The notes beneath the pieces were generated by a model. That model saw only the letters and a list, made by a program, of their open reading frames with translations, ran no database searches and had not been told where the DNA came from. From a virus: a DNA stretch of 64,000 nt. Made by a program: the position numbers and the translations under genes. Below, in pieces: positions 52,068 through 60,354 of this stretch; position 1 is the stretch's first letter; each line of letters opens with the position of its first letter. The stretch is taken from IMG/VR virus record IMGVR_UViG_3300047160_036265; one strand, given 5' to 3'.

Positions 52068-52631
52068 ATGAAGCAACTGTTCGCTGCTGTTCTCATGATC
52101 CTGGCCACAGGTGCTTTTGCCTTCGGGCAGCACCATAAAGGCCCGCCTGGGCATCCAGGCCCCAAGCCTGGCCATATAAAACACGACCCGTCCCATCACA
52201 AACCCGAACACCAACACATCCGCCCCCACCAGCATCGAGTTGGACCCCACCACCGTCCACACGGAGTTCACCCGCTGCATCACGGCCACAAGCGAGTGCG
52301 TGAGCGGGATTACCACAAGCATCACGGCCACCACTTCAAGTACGGCTGGTACTATCGTGGCTATCAGCACTACCACTGGAGCCACTACTTCTGGAGCAAC
52401 AAGCTGGGTTGCTATTGCTACTATGACCCATATTGCTCCCAATACTATTACTGGTGCGCCCCGCACTACTGTTACTACCCGGTCACATACTGCCCGGTCG
52501 GCTATGTCTTTGCCTACGTCGCCGTGCCTGTAGCCCCGGCGACCCCGCCACCCCTGCCGCCGGAGTCTGACGAGGATGACGATGGACCGCCAAGCGGTCC
52601 TCCCGGAAAGGGGCCTCCTCCGGGCAAGTAA
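52068..52631 (+). CDS. secreted His-rich / Tyr-Cys-rich low-complexity protein
   Basis: RBS AAGGAG. Signal peptide MKQLFAAVLMILATGAFAFG, then HHKGPPGHPGPKPGHIKHDPSHHKPEHQH..., a YCYYDPYCSQYYYWC block and a Pro-rich tail. Confidence 0.6.
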   Translation: MKQLFAAVLMILATGAFAFGQHHKGPPGHPGPKPGHIKHDPSHHKPEHQHIRPHQHRVGPHHRPHGVHPLHHGHKRVRERDYHKHHGHHFKYGWYYRGYQHYHWSHYFWSNKLGCYCYYDPYCSQYYYWCAPHYCYYPVTYCPVGYVFAYVAVPVAPATPPPLPPESDEDDDGPPSGPPGKGPPPGK

Positions 52632-52641
52632 CTAAACGACA

Positions 52642-52673
52642 AGAGGCGGGTCGAAAGACCCGCCTCTTTGTTT
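52642..52673 (+). terminator. rho-independent terminator
   Basis: agaggcgggtc-gaaa-gacccgcctct followed by TTGTTT. Confidence 0.55.
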
Positions 52674-52920
52674 ACATATTCACTTGCTTGTAGCACTGAT
52701 CCGACCGGAGTTTCTTGGCCTGGTTGATGCACTCCGTCCAGTCCCCGTTCTCAGACTGGCCCTTGACGAAATATACCGACCCCTCCTTGTTTGTGTGGCC
52801 GACACTGCACTCCGTCACGTTGCCGCTTGCATCCACTTTGTAACGGAACATTCCGTGTTCCGCATAGAGTTCTCGGACCCAACGAAACACGATGTCAATG
52901 GGAACTCGTTTCTTTGGCAT
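52672..52920 (-). CDS. hypothetical protein
   Basis: Trimmed to MPKKRVPIDIVFRW. Confidence 0.4.
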   Translation of the reverse strand: MPKKRVPIDIVFRWVRELYAEHGMFRYKVDASGNVTECSVGHTNKEGSVYFVKGQSENGDWTECINQAKKLRSDQCYKQVNM

Positions 52921-53197
52921 GTTCGAGAGCCTTCTCAAATCGGGAGATGATCTTGGCCGCTCGCTTGGGGCAGTAATCGCCCTTGGCCAGTTTATTCCGG
53001 TAATATTTGATCCATTCCTCGATTTCGTGGACTGTGCCCCGGCGGCGGCGGTTGAGGCGATATTCGTTGTGATTGCCCCGGCTACCCTTGCTGCCTGCGC
53101 CAATGCCACCGTGAATGCCAGCACGCTGGCAGAGGACTTCGCCACGCTTCCAGTCCGCTTGCATGTAGCCATGCAGGTTGTTTTGGGGAAGTGCCAT
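52895..53197 (-). CDS. hypothetical protein
   Basis: 100-aa ORF starting 13 nt downstream of tRNA-Ala(GGC). Confidence 0.4.
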   Translation of the reverse strand: MALPQNNLHGYMQADWKRGEVLCQRAGIHGGIGAGSKGSRGNHNEYRLNRRRRGTVHEIEEWIKYYRNKLAKGDYCPKRAAKIISRFEKALEHAKETSSH

Positions 53198-53209
53198 GTG
53201 TACCTCCAG

Positions 53210-53280
53210 TGGAGCCTAGCGGATTTGAACCGCTAATTCTACAATGCCATTGTAGCGTGATCCCATTTCACTAAGGCCCC
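53210..53280 (-). tRNA. tRNA-Ala (anticodon GGC)
   Basis: Manual fold: GGGGCCT/AGGCTCC acceptor with G3:U70, anticodon stem CTACA/TGTAG with loop ATGGCAT, T-arm AGCGG-TTCAAAT-CCGCT. Confidence 0.75.
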
Positions 53281-53289
53281 TGCAACTAT

Positions 53290-54144
53290 CTAGTGACCAT
53301 ACGGGCATTTGCCCGAAGTGTCAACCCGTTTTTCAACTTCCTGGCAGTCTGGTTCCAGGCCCCCTTTGAGAATGCGGTGCCGCTCCCGGAAGTACGTCGT
53401 GCTGTCCTTCGTTCGCTGGCCATCCCTGGTCAACGCCTGCTTGCCGCCATGACCGAACTTCTTGTCATTATATTGCAACCAATAAGAGAAAACCCGCTCG
53501 GCCTCCGGGGTGTTGCGATTCAGATACTCTTCCTCCAGGGTCCACTCCGCTTCCGCCGCCTCCCGCCGCATCGGAATAATATGAGCCAGCGGGGGCCAGC
53601 CGTTCGTCCTCAACGACACCTTCTCGCCAGGCTTATTGAACACGACGTTGAACCAAATGTCATATTGCATCCAGTCGGTTTCAAGAACCCCCTCCATGAC
53701 GTAAAGAAGCTGCTGCGGGTTGGGGGCATTGATCGGGCTGCGAATGTGCAGGCACCAGCCGGGCGGCGTCTCGAATATCAGCCCGGTCCAGATTTGGACA
53801 ACATTTGGTTCGACCGCCCCCCAGGTGAATTTCGTGCGCCCGGTAGGTTGGCACCACTTTTCTGTGTCGATATTGTCTTCCGGCCTCAACAAGCTGTGCA
53901 GAAGGCGGTAGTCCCAATCGTCATATGGCTGGAGGAGTTCATGCTCGAAACGGTCGCCGTGCCAAGTAATGTCAATGTCCACCGGCGGGAACAGCCACCA
54001 GCCCAAGCGGTTCACCGTGGCGTAAGGACCGCACCATTTGACGGCGGCAGGATTGGCCGCACCGTTCAGGGTCTTTTCAGCACGAATAACCCTGGACGCC
54101 TGCGGGTGCAATCGCCAGACTTTCAACTTAAAACCTTCGGTCAT
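53290..54144 (-). CDS. hypothetical protein
   Basis: 284-aa ORF. Confidence 0.5.
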   Translation of the reverse strand: MTEGFKLKVWRLHPQASRVIRAEKTLNGAANPAAVKWCGPYATVNRLGWWLFPPVDIDITWHGDRFEHELLQPYDDWDYRLLHSLLRPEDNIDTEKWCQPTGRTKFTWGAVEPNVVQIWTGLIFETPPGWCLHIRSPINAPNPQQLLYVMEGVLETDWMQYDIWFNVVFNKPGEKVSLRTNGWPPLAHIIPMRREAAEAEWTLEEEYLNRNTPEAERVFSYWLQYNDKKFGHGGKQALTRDGQRTKDSTTYFRERHRILKGGLEPDCQEVEKRVDTSGKCPYGH

Positions 54145-54904
54145 TTCTCTTCAACAAGGACAGCGCCTTGCGCCAGTGCTGGGAATAAGTATGTGCGATA
54201 ATGGAGTCTTTCATCTTCAACAAATCAATGTCGTTGCCAGGTATGAGTACGTCCTTGGAATCGAGGTAGCTCGTGGTAAAGGGGTCTTGGCCAAGCAACA
54301 ACGCAATGGTGAACTCCTCCCGTGGCCCGCACTCTGGATGGAACTTATACAACCACTTGGTCAGGGCAGGATTGATTGTTCCTTCCCGGATGCCCCGGCT
54401 TAGCTCCGGCAAGGCGGCGCACCACTTCTGAAGCCAACCGTTGCGCCACAGGACCACGCCGCTATTAAAGGGCGTAAACGGCAATTCGTTCGTGAAACCG
54501 TAGGAATATACCCACTGGTTGGCAGAAGCGCTCATATCGTTTTTATATTTGTCGAACAGCTTGGCAACGTCGTCAAATATAAAGGTGTCCGAGTCAATAC
54601 ACAGGGCCTCCTGCTCCGGCACGTCGCCCCACTGGCATTTCTGAATGTAAAAATACCCCTCCTCGCCGGAGAAGACGCGCAAGGGCCGGCGGACTACCTC
54701 GACATTGAACCCCCGGCAAAGCTCGAAAAGATTGTCGGAGGAATAGACGGTCGGAAACGCGCCGGCGGCGGTTTCCTTCGCTCCGTCCTCGACGTAGTAG
54801 AGGCGAATGGGGATGGTTTTATTGTGCTGCCGCAGCATGAATATGCTGTTCGCCGTCATCCGCATGTAGAAGGGATGTTCGTTGACCAAATATAAACAAA
54901 CCAT
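54128..54904 (-). CDS. putative nucleotide-diphospho-sugar (DxD) glycosyltransferase-like protein
   Basis: CIDSDTFIFDD (DxD motif). Trimmed to MVCLYLVNEHPFYM, which starts 3 nt after the tRNA-Ala 3' end. Confidence 0.4.
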   Translation of the reverse strand: MVCLYLVNEHPFYMRMTANSIFMLRQHNKTIPIRLYYVEDGAKETAAGAFPTVYSSDNLFELCRGFNVEVVRRPLRVFSGEEGYFYIQKCQWGDVPEQEALCIDSDTFIFDDVAKLFDKYKNDMSASANQWVYSYGFTNELPFTPFNSGVVLWRNGWLQKWCAALPELSRGIREGTINPALTKWLYKFHPECGPREEFTIALLLGQDPFTTSYLDSKDVLIPGNDIDLLKMKDSIIAHTYSQHWRKALSLLKRNDRRF

Positions 54905-54906
54905 AA

Positions 54907-54977
54907 TGGAGCCGCCGAGAGTCGAACCCGGATTTCTACCGTGCAAAGGTAGCGTGTTCCCATTACACCACGGCCCC
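54907..54977 (-). tRNA. tRNA-Ala (anticodon TGC), second copy
   Basis: Manual fold: GGGGCCG/CGGCTCC acceptor with G3:U70, anticodon stem CTACC/GGTAG with loop TTTGCAC. Confidence 0.75.
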
Positions 54978-55143
54978 GCTCTGACTGGTAATACCCGTCA
55001 GCAGACGAGTCTTTTGCGTACAAGGGCGAATTTCACCGGCGGGCGTCGTCCAGGTCAAGCGCCTATATTCATAATAGAGTCGATAGCGGTAGAAGTAAGT
55101 GCTGTACTGGACGTGGTATTCCTCAACCTCGAACGACCCCTCC

Positions 55144-55434
55144 TCATGTATCCCGACTAGGATGCCGTGGGACAGCACCCAGGATACCGCCAGGAAGTCG
55201 TCCAGATTGAGTGGCATCGCGTTGACGAACGTACTCAGGCGACATGCACATCAGATCGTGATAGGTCCAGCGGGTGCCATCCCGGAACATACCACAGTCG
55301 CAGGCGGGGCAAACATCCGTGCCGCCCATTGAGGCTTCGCCAACCGGCAGGCCGCAAAGGCGACAGGGGGCCTGCTCATCATAGGGTACTTGAACCACCG
55401 TGCCGTCAAGGCTTGTGTAAACAACAATCTTCAT
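55144..55434 (-). CDS. hypothetical Zn-ribbon protein
   Basis: CRLCG...CPACDC motifs. Trimmed to MKIVVYTSL, which starts 4 nt after tRNA-Ala(CGC). Confidence 0.4.
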   Translation of the reverse strand: MKIVVYTSLDGTVVQVPYDEQAPCRLCGLPVGEASMGGTDVCPACDCGMFRDGTRWTYHDLMCMSPEYVRQRDATQSGRLPGGILGAVPRHPSRDT

Positions 55435-56143
55435 GAGTGGAGCGTAGGGGAGTTGCACCCCTATTTCCTGGTTGCGACCCAGGCGGATTCCTGTTATCCG
55501 AACGCCCCTCGTAATCGACCTCGCCCAAGTATCTACGCAGCAAGGCCAAGCGTTTTTCAGGCGGAACGATACCCGGCAGGTGAATTACAAAATCCCCAGG
55601 CTGATACTGTCCCGCCTCCCACAGCTTCACCGGCCAGTCGTAGTGTTCGTACCCATAGGCATTGAACAACTTCTGGTTGACCATCCTGGTTCTCTCCAGG
55701 TACTCACCCCTGAAGATAAGAGTGGCCACCATCGCCGTCTGTTCGGGGTTCTTCCAGCCCACATAACGGGTCTGCTGGTAAGCCAGGTCCAGGTAGTCCA
55801 GCATCAACGGCGTGTTGCGCATGAACAGGTTGCCGACGTTGAGGCCGTTCACATCGTAGCTTATCACAAAGTCATGGTGGTCGTCAAGGAATGTCTCCAG
55901 GCAAATCGCCTGGTTCATGATGATCGCGTCGGTGTCGGTGTAGAAAATCCAGTCAAAGGCAGGAAGATGCTGGCGCAACGCCTTGATCTTGTACCAGTGA
56001 GGCTCCCGGTCACGGTCATGCCCGCTGTCGCATACGATGAATTCGTAGCCGTGCCGGTCGCAGTAGCGCTGCTTGTTAGAACGGGTTAGCTCACCCAGAT
56101 GTCGGCCAGCCTCATCCCATACCGACAGGACGGCGATCCTCAT
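55406..56143 (-). CDS. DxD glycosyltransferase-like protein (GT34/GMA12-like) whose 3' end reads through the tRNA-Ala(CGC) gene
   Basis: WIFYTDTDAIIMN. The first stop in frame lies downstream of the tRNA. Confidence 0.5.
   Translation of the reverse strand: MRIAVLSVWDEAGRHLGELTRSNKQRYCDRHGYEFIVCDSGHDRDREPHWYKIKALRQHLPAFDWIFYTDTDAIIMNQAICLETFLDDHHDFVISYDVNGLNVGNLFMRNTPLMLDYLDLAYQQTRYVGWKNPEQTAMVATLIFRGEYLERTRMVNQKLFNAYGYEHYDWPVKLWEAGQYQPGDFVIHLPGIVPPEKRLALLRRYLGEVDYEGRSDNRNPPGSQPGNRGATPLRSTHEDCCLHKP
55438..55508 (-). tRNA. tRNA-Ala (anticodon CGC)
   Basis: Manual fold: GGGGCGT/ACGCTCC acceptor with G3:U70, anticodon stem CCTGG/CCAGG with loop GTCGCAA, T-arm AGGGG-TGCAACT-CCCCT. Confidence 0.75.
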
Positions 56144-56397
56144 ACGGTCTTCCCCGCAGCCACCTGGCGGTCCCTATATTCAGCCATGCACTTTAGGCAG
56201 ACGGCGATCTCAGCCTCAATCTGCTCGCCCCAACCTCCCTTGTCGTCAAACCACTTGACCGACTTCTTGCCTTTTTCGTAAACAATCTTCTTGTTCACGC
56301 CACGGCGATGGGGGAACTGGTACGGCTTCTTAATTACAATCAACTGGCGGGACACGCCTTTAGGCACCACCGCTCCACACTGCTGACAGCGATACAT
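56140..56397 (-). CDS. hypothetical Zn-ribbon protein
   Basis: CQQCG...CLKC motifs. ATGA-coupled. Confidence 0.45.
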   Translation of the reverse strand: MYRCQQCGAVVPKGVSRQLIVIKKPYQFPHRRGVNKKIVYEKGKKSVKWFDDKGGWGEQIEAEIAVCLKCMAEYRDRQVAAGKTV

Positions 56398-56512
56398 CCA
56401 CCTGTCCTTAATTTATCGCTCCGGGCCGGACATCTCCTCGGAGGGGTTAGAGAAATATGACCGTAAGAAGATACTCGCTTGCGTTACTCGCAAGAGCGTT
56501 GTCGCTTACGGG

Positions 56513-56875
56513 TCAACCTTTATTATAGTCTTCGGGCTTTGGAATGTTTTTCAGCGGCTCGCCGGTGCGGGGGTGGACCCGTTCGTAACCGGCATCCGTG
56601 GGCTTCCGCCGCCCCGAATCCCAGGCTGCCGCCTCAGCAGCCAGTTCCTCGTCCGTGGCCTCGCTGGGGCCGTAGTGGCGGCGCATGTCGCTGCAAATGA
56701 TGCCCCGGTGGGCCGGGAGTTCGCCAATCCAAACGTGCCCCTGGTCACGGGCGACCTGGATGCCATCCCCCATGTATTCCTTGGTGATCGCCCAGGCATC
56801 CTCCTGGTCCTGGGCAAAGACGATGAGGTTGTAGGGCTGGAACAATCCCCGGAATGCGACGACCCAGACCCCCAT
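56513..56875 (-). CDS. hypothetical protein
   Basis: 120-aa ORF. Confidence 0.45.
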   Translation of the reverse strand: MGVWVVAFRGLFQPYNLIVFAQDQEDAWAITKEYMGDGIQVARDQGHVWIGELPAHRGIICSDMRRHYGPSEATDEELAAEAAAWDSGRRKPTDAGYERVHPRTGEPLKNIPKPEDYNKG

Positions 56876-56876
56876 A

Positions 56877-57359
56877 TTAGAACCCTCCGAATTTGTGGTG
56901 CAAGTCCTCCAGAACCATCTCCATTGCTTCGAGGACGGTGGGGACTGGCAGCACTGGCTCCCGGCCCAGCAAGTCCACTATTTCCTGCCGGTTCTCACGC
57001 CACTCCTGAGTAAGCTTAGCACGGTTTTCCATGCAAACTTCACGCTCCGTAGTGTGGTCGTAAAAGCGGCACTCATTCGGCTTGACCGGGTGGATGTCGC
57101 AGAGGCCATTTTTGAAGAAGACGCAGGTGCCGTGGGGGTTGAATGGGTATTCTTGTCCCGGCTGCGCTCTTTCGGTTGCAGGAGCCAATATAAACACGGA
57201 TTCATCACCGTTAGCGTAGTAATCCACGCCCACGAAGGAGTTGAAAAACTCCTCCAGGGTGATGCCCTTATATTCTGCGGCCTTGGCGACCTCGCCGGGA
57301 GCGAACCAGCCGGGGCGTTTCCGACACGCCGACTTGCAGACGTTGCACTGGCAGTCCAT
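56877..57359 (-). CDS. YkgJ/UPF0153-like Cys-cluster (putative Fe-S/Zn-binding) protein
   Basis: MDCQCNVCKSACRKRPGW ... CVFFKNGLCDIH pattern. Confidence 0.35.
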   Translation of the reverse strand: MDCQCNVCKSACRKRPGWFAPGEVAKAAEYKGITLEEFFNSFVGVDYYANGDESVFILAPATERAQPGQEYPFNPHGTCVFFKNGLCDIHPVKPNECRFYDHTTEREVCMENRAKLTQEWRENRQEIVDLLGREPVLPVPTVLEAMEMVLEDLHHKFGGF

Positions 57360-57362
57360 TGC

Positions 57363-57656
57363 CTACTCCTGTGGTTTGCGGGCCTCCTCGAACATGCGCA
57401 GCCGCTCGGCGGCGTGGTCCGTGACCGTCCACTCTCCGGTGTCGTGATTGAAACGCTGGCCGGCGATGAGCCGATCCAGGTCGTTGCGAAGGGCGTGCCA
57501 GTCTTCGGGCAAGGCGTCCCGATAGGCTTTGAGGGCGGGAATGGCGTAGGGGTCGTGGGTCACGTCCAACACGAAATATTGGCTGTCCTCACGGCCTTCC
57601 TTGAAGTCGATCCGCCGTACCTCATACTTCTTGTAGAAACCCCGGTTCTCCGGCAT
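57363..57656 (-). CDS. hypothetical protein
   Basis: Trimmed to MPENRGFYKKYEV. Confidence 0.4.
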   Translation of the reverse strand: MPENRGFYKKYEVRRIDFKEGREDSQYFVLDVTHDPYAIPALKAYRDALPEDWHALRNDLDRLIAGQRFNHDTGEWTVTDHAAERLRMFEEARKPQE

Positions 57657-57939
57657 CGTCACCCTCCTTGTATTGGCGACATTCTTCCGTGCGCCAGTCG
57701 TCCTCAAAGAACCATTGGACGTGGCACCGATTGCAGTAGCGACCGACCACATGCTTGTAGTCGTGCTGCATACACCCCAGAGTACCCCAATTCTTAGGGC
57801 TGTGACGGCAGGGCTTGCCCTTATTGGGATAGACCAGTTCCGACAGGACTTCCTTGCGAATCTCGCCGGTCTTGACCTTCTCCTCCAGGCCGGCGATGAT
57901 CTCGCGTGCCTTCTCCTTGCTGATCCGCTTCTTTACCAA
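57622..57939 (-). CDS. hypothetical Cys/His protein
   Basis: 105-aa ORF. Confidence 0.4.
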   Translation of the reverse strand: MVKKRISKEKAREIIAGLEEKVKTGEIRKEVLSELVYPNKGKPCRHSPKNWGTLGCMQHDYKHVVGRYCNRCHVQWFFEDDWRTEECRQYKEGDDAGEPGFLQEV

Positions 57940-58259
57940 AGTATCTGCCCCTCCAACTCCGGGCGCTCTTCCCGTAACTCGAAGGCCAGGATATTGCGGC
58001 CACGGTCACGGGTGGGCCAGACAATCACTTGGTCGCCGTCGTGACTGGGGATCGTATAGATCGGCAGGATTTCATGGGGGTTCTTCGCCTTGCGCTGTTC
58101 AATGGTGGCAAGATCGACCCACTCGATCTGGTCGGGGCGTAGCCGAGTTAAGAATGACTGGACCAGTCCCTCCACGCCGTCCTGGCCGATCCGCTCGACC
58201 AGGAGAGCGCTCGCCAGGTAGCCGATGTCGTCCAACAAACGCATTGGTCCTTGGAGCAT
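57933..58259 (-). CDS. hypothetical protein
   Basis: 108-aa ORF. Confidence 0.4.
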   Translation of the reverse strand: MLQGPMRLLDDIGYLASALLVERIGQDGVEGLVQSFLTRLRPDQIEWVDLATIEQRKAKNPHEILPIYTIPSHDGDQVIVWPTRDRGRNILAFELREERPELEGQILW

Positions 58260-58263
58260 GTTG

Positions 58264-58368
58264 TCACCAGAACAAAGCCACTACGATGGGCGTACCGATG
58301 CCGAAGACCATTATTAGGGCGAAGATCAGCCAATCCCGCCTGGTCCAATCCAAAGGGCCATCGTTCAT
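58264..58368 (-). CDS. small membrane peptide (~34 aa)
   Basis: MNDGPLDWTRRDWLIFALIMVFGIGTPIVVALFW. It sits between two genes and is below the ORF-track cutoff. Confidence 0.3.
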   Translation of the reverse strand: MNDGPLDWTRRDWLIFALIMVFGIGTPIVVALFW

Positions 58369-58380
58369 GTCAGCCTCACA

Positions 58381-58590
58381 TTAACACAGGCAAGGCAACC
58401 GCCGCCGTTTCCGTCGCTGTTGCTTCCGTTGGTTTTCCAAGGCGTCCAGCACGTCCTCGGCCCGCCGGAGCGTGGCCTCGCTCCAAGTGCTGGCGTCAGG
58501 GTCAATACCCGCATCGAGAAGCGCTTGCTCGACCTCGCGCTTCGTGAACGGGCGATATTCAATCCGATCCCACCAATTTGAATTTGACAT
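58381..58590 (-). CDS. hypothetical protein with Arg/Lys-rich tail
   Basis: RBS GGAGG. Confidence 0.45.
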   Translation of the reverse strand: MSNSNWWDRIEYRPFTKREVEQALLDAGIDPDASTWSEATLRRAEDVLDALENQRKQQRRKRRRLPCLC

Positions 58591-58615
58591 CGGAGCCTCC
58601 TGGGCCTCCGTGCCG

Positions 58616-58942
58616 TTATTTGAGAGCTTCCTTGAGCATATTCGCCACCGCAGCTTCCATTTCCGCTGGGGGCAGGTCGTTGGAACGGATAATGTTGACG
58701 ATGGCCTGACGAACGAGTTCGTTCGGCTTCAGGTCGGGGTGGGTGTCCTGAATGCGTTGCACTTCCTTGTCCAGTTCCAGCACGTCCACATACTGGCCGC
58801 TGATTTTGACATTCGGCGGGAGGTTGTCGAACTGCGCCATCTGGGTGGGCTTGAAGTCGTAGAAGTGGATGGTACAGAAGTTCTTGCGCCGAGACATCAA
58901 GACGTTCGGCTGGGGCAACTCCTTGAGGATTTCCTGGTCCAT
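58616..58942 (-). CDS. hypothetical protein
   Basis: 108-aa ORF. Confidence 0.45.
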   Translation of the reverse strand: MDQEILKELPQPNVLMSRRKNFCTIHFYDFKPTQMAQFDNLPPNVKISGQYVDVLELDKEVQRIQDTHPDLKPNELVRQAIVNIIRSNDLPPAEMEAAVANMLKEALK

Positions 58943-58945
58943 GTA

Positions 58946-59050
58946 TCACCTACCGGGGCGAAGAAGAAGGAAGTAAACCGCAAGGATGATGCAGGCGTAA
59001 ATCAGGATGCGGACGATGCTGTATTTGGGGTTGGTGAACAAGTCCTTCAT
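58946..59050 (-). CDS. small membrane peptide (~34 aa)
   Basis: MKDLFTNPKYSIVRILIYACIILAVYFLLLRPGR. Its ATG overlaps the TGA of the upstream frameshifted gene. Confidence 0.3.
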   Translation of the reverse strand: MKDLFTNPKYSIVRILIYACIILAVYFLLLRPGR

Positions 59051-59435
59051 TTCACCAATATCTCCAGATGCTTCAGGTCACAGACATAATCCAGCGGGCG
59101 GCAGTGCGGCACGTCGCGCAGTCCACCGCACACGCTGCGAATCTTGTTACTACCCTCATGACTCTCGAAACGATAGAAGTATTCAACCTGGCCCGTTTCC
59201 TGCACCACGAAGGCCCGGCCCGGCACCCACGGTCCCCTTCCCCCATCTCGTACAGAGTCATGCCGCCGTCATGTTGGGGGCGCTCCTGAAAGGTAATCAG
59301 GTAACGCTTGCCGCCCTGGGCGACATGCAAGCCCTGGACCTTCCCTTGATAGAACCCAAGCACCTGAACCACGCCGGGGGCGTGCGCCAGGGCATGGTAG
59401 GTGCGATCAATCAGCGGTTCGATGGGAGTAGTCAT
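59047..59435 (-). CDS. hypothetical protein interrupted by a -1 frameshift in a C5/G5 homopolymer tract near 59231-59247
   Basis: The N-terminal frame MTTPIEPLIDRTY...LYEMGEG and the C-terminal frame ...AFVVQETGQVEYFYRFESHEGSNKIRSVCGGLRDVPHCRPLDYVCDLKHLEILVK join across ggtccccttcccccatc. Confidence 0.4.
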
Positions 59436-59626
59436 GATGTCGGTTTATTCACATGGCGATAGACCAGACGAACCAGGCCGATGGCTGCCCATACGCCGGC
59501 TACGATCCACATGGTCAGGATCGTTTGTTTGTCGCTGAGGAGGTAATCTATGAGGGTCACTGTCCCGCAAAACAGGGCCAGCAAGATAACCTCGCAAATC
59601 CAATCAATCACCGTACTCGTTCGCAT
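59432..59626 (-). CDS. hypothetical membrane protein
   Basis: ATGA-coupled; two transmembrane segments. Confidence 0.45.
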   Translation of the reverse strand: MRTSTVIDWICEVILLALFCGTVTLIDYLLSDKQTILTMWIVAGVWAAIGLVRLVYRHVNKPTS

Positions 59627-59635
59627 TGGACCCTC

Positions 59636-59827
59636 CTAGTCACCGCACCAGTGGACCTCCAGGCTGGTGCCATTCCACACAAGACTCGCCACATACCGAC
59701 CATCCTGCCACAGTTCAGCCGGCTTGGATTTGGGCGACTGTTGGAAGCCTTTGGTGGCTTCCTCCAATATCACCGCCAGACTGCTATTCTCCAGCTTTGT
59801 GCCGCCGTCAGCCCGAACCTGATACAT
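59636..59827 (-). CDS. hypothetical protein
   Basis: 63-aa ORF. Confidence 0.4.
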   Translation of the reverse strand: MYQVRADGGTKLENSSLAVILEEATKGFQQSPKSKPAELWQDGRYVASLVWNGTSLEVHWCGD

Positions 59828-59868
59828 CTTTCAACTCCTCCATGAGCGACTGGACTCAGTATACCAGC

Positions 59869-60117
59869 TTATCCCGGTGTTTGTCGAGCGATTCTTACGC
59901 CAAGAAGCATCATGCGGGTCAGGGCACAATCCTTCAGATCGTTGAGGGTGATCGGCCTGCCGAGACGCTTCTCGGCGCAGTCGAAACACAGGATGTCGTG
60001 CGTATCGGTGATGCTGTTCCACAAGTCGTCCTTGAGGTAGAAGGGCAACATCTCGCCCTCCTTCAACCCCGCCGCCAAACCGCAGTCCTTGCAGCGCTGG
60101 TCGTTCCAGTTCTTCAC
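59869..60117 (-). CDS. hypothetical Zn-ribbon protein
   Basis: CKDCG...CFDC motifs. Confidence 0.45.
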   Translation of the reverse strand: MKNWNDQRCKDCGLAAGLKEGEMLPFYLKDDLWNSITDTHDILCFDCAEKRLGRPITLNDLKDCALTRMMLLGVRIARQTPG

Positions 60118-60305
60118 GTCCGCTTGCGCCTCTTCTTATGGGGCGGCTTCCGTCGCCCCAGGTGCCAGGTATGACAATATAAACAGAAGTACGGCTGTCC
60201 GGTGTAGCCAGGGACGTTTTTCTGGAGCATGAAGTACAGACCGTCCTCGGCCTCCTCCTCGGAGGCATACTGCGTCTTGCCAGTATGTGGACACTTCTTG
60301 TTCAT
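60114..60305 (-). CDS. hypothetical Zn-ribbon protein with basic tail
   Basis: CPHTG...CLYCH motifs. ATGA-coupled. Confidence 0.45.
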   Translation of the reverse strand: MNKKCPHTGKTQYASEEEAEDGLYFMLQKNVPGYTGQPYFCLYCHTWHLGRRKPPHKKRRKRT

Positions 60306-60354
60306 AATGGGCGTGGTAGGGAACGATCCTACGGTCCTCCGTTAAGCCGCAGGG

